Shown piece after piece: positions 63,933 through 64,000 of a stretch of 64,000 nucleotides of DNA. Each line of letters starts with the position of its first letter. The stretch's first letter is position 1. Position numbers and translations under genes: made by a program. The notes beneath the pieces were generated by a model. It was not told where the DNA came from and did not search any database. It saw only the letters and a program-made list of their open reading frames with translations. This DNA comes from Tubiluchus corallicola (lineage: Eukaryota; Animalia; Priapulida), in assembly GCA_030141605.1 (NCBI GenBank), contig JAQGDQ010002406.1, forward strand, positions 13,385 to 77,384, written 5' to 3'.

Positions 63933-64000
63933 CTACCATCCAAAAAGTAAAAACCACATGCTATTAAAATATCCAACAACCCCTAAATCTTCATAAAAAA

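Noticed and set aside
1-64000. tRNA, rRNA, IS or prophage elements
   Set aside because: No cloverleaf or T-loop signatures, rRNA motifs, transposase, integrase or phage ORFs were recognised by eye

Overview
A gene-dense bacterial chromosomal segment made mostly of housekeeping genes. It holds the riboflavin operon with nusB, plsY, pgsA, xseA/greA, hfq-miaA-mutL, two Dsb-type oxidoreductases, ileS-lspA-purH-purD-purE, a triheme c7-type cytochrome, cysS, feoAB, an OPT transporter and a YbhGFSR-type ABC exporter. Further on are comEC, PPi-dependent PFK, tadA, galE, a glycerol/dihydroxyacetone block (glpFKD, dhaKL and an EIIA-HPr-EI fusion) and Nif3/zinc-ribbon/RNase HI. Gene content and protein style suggest an anaerobe, possibly Deferribacterota; this is inference and was not checked. 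Many genes in 1-22 kb and 59-62.6 kb, including essential ileS, are broken by small indels, most simply explained as consensus errors, while 22.7-58.8 kb looks clean. No rRNA, tRNA, CRISPR, transposase or phage genes were seen. The most unusual part is 42.7-52.2 kb. Two paralogous 710/769-aa proteins with a type IV pilin leader, an Ig-like domain and a Cys-rich legume(L-type)-lectin-like domain flank galE. The 3' end of one is amplified into an 88-bp x ~4.8 hairpin array whose copies encode two alternative C-termini. A second hairpin-rich 95-bp x ~3.8 array sharing a GGKTGTTG doublet motif lies behind pfp.
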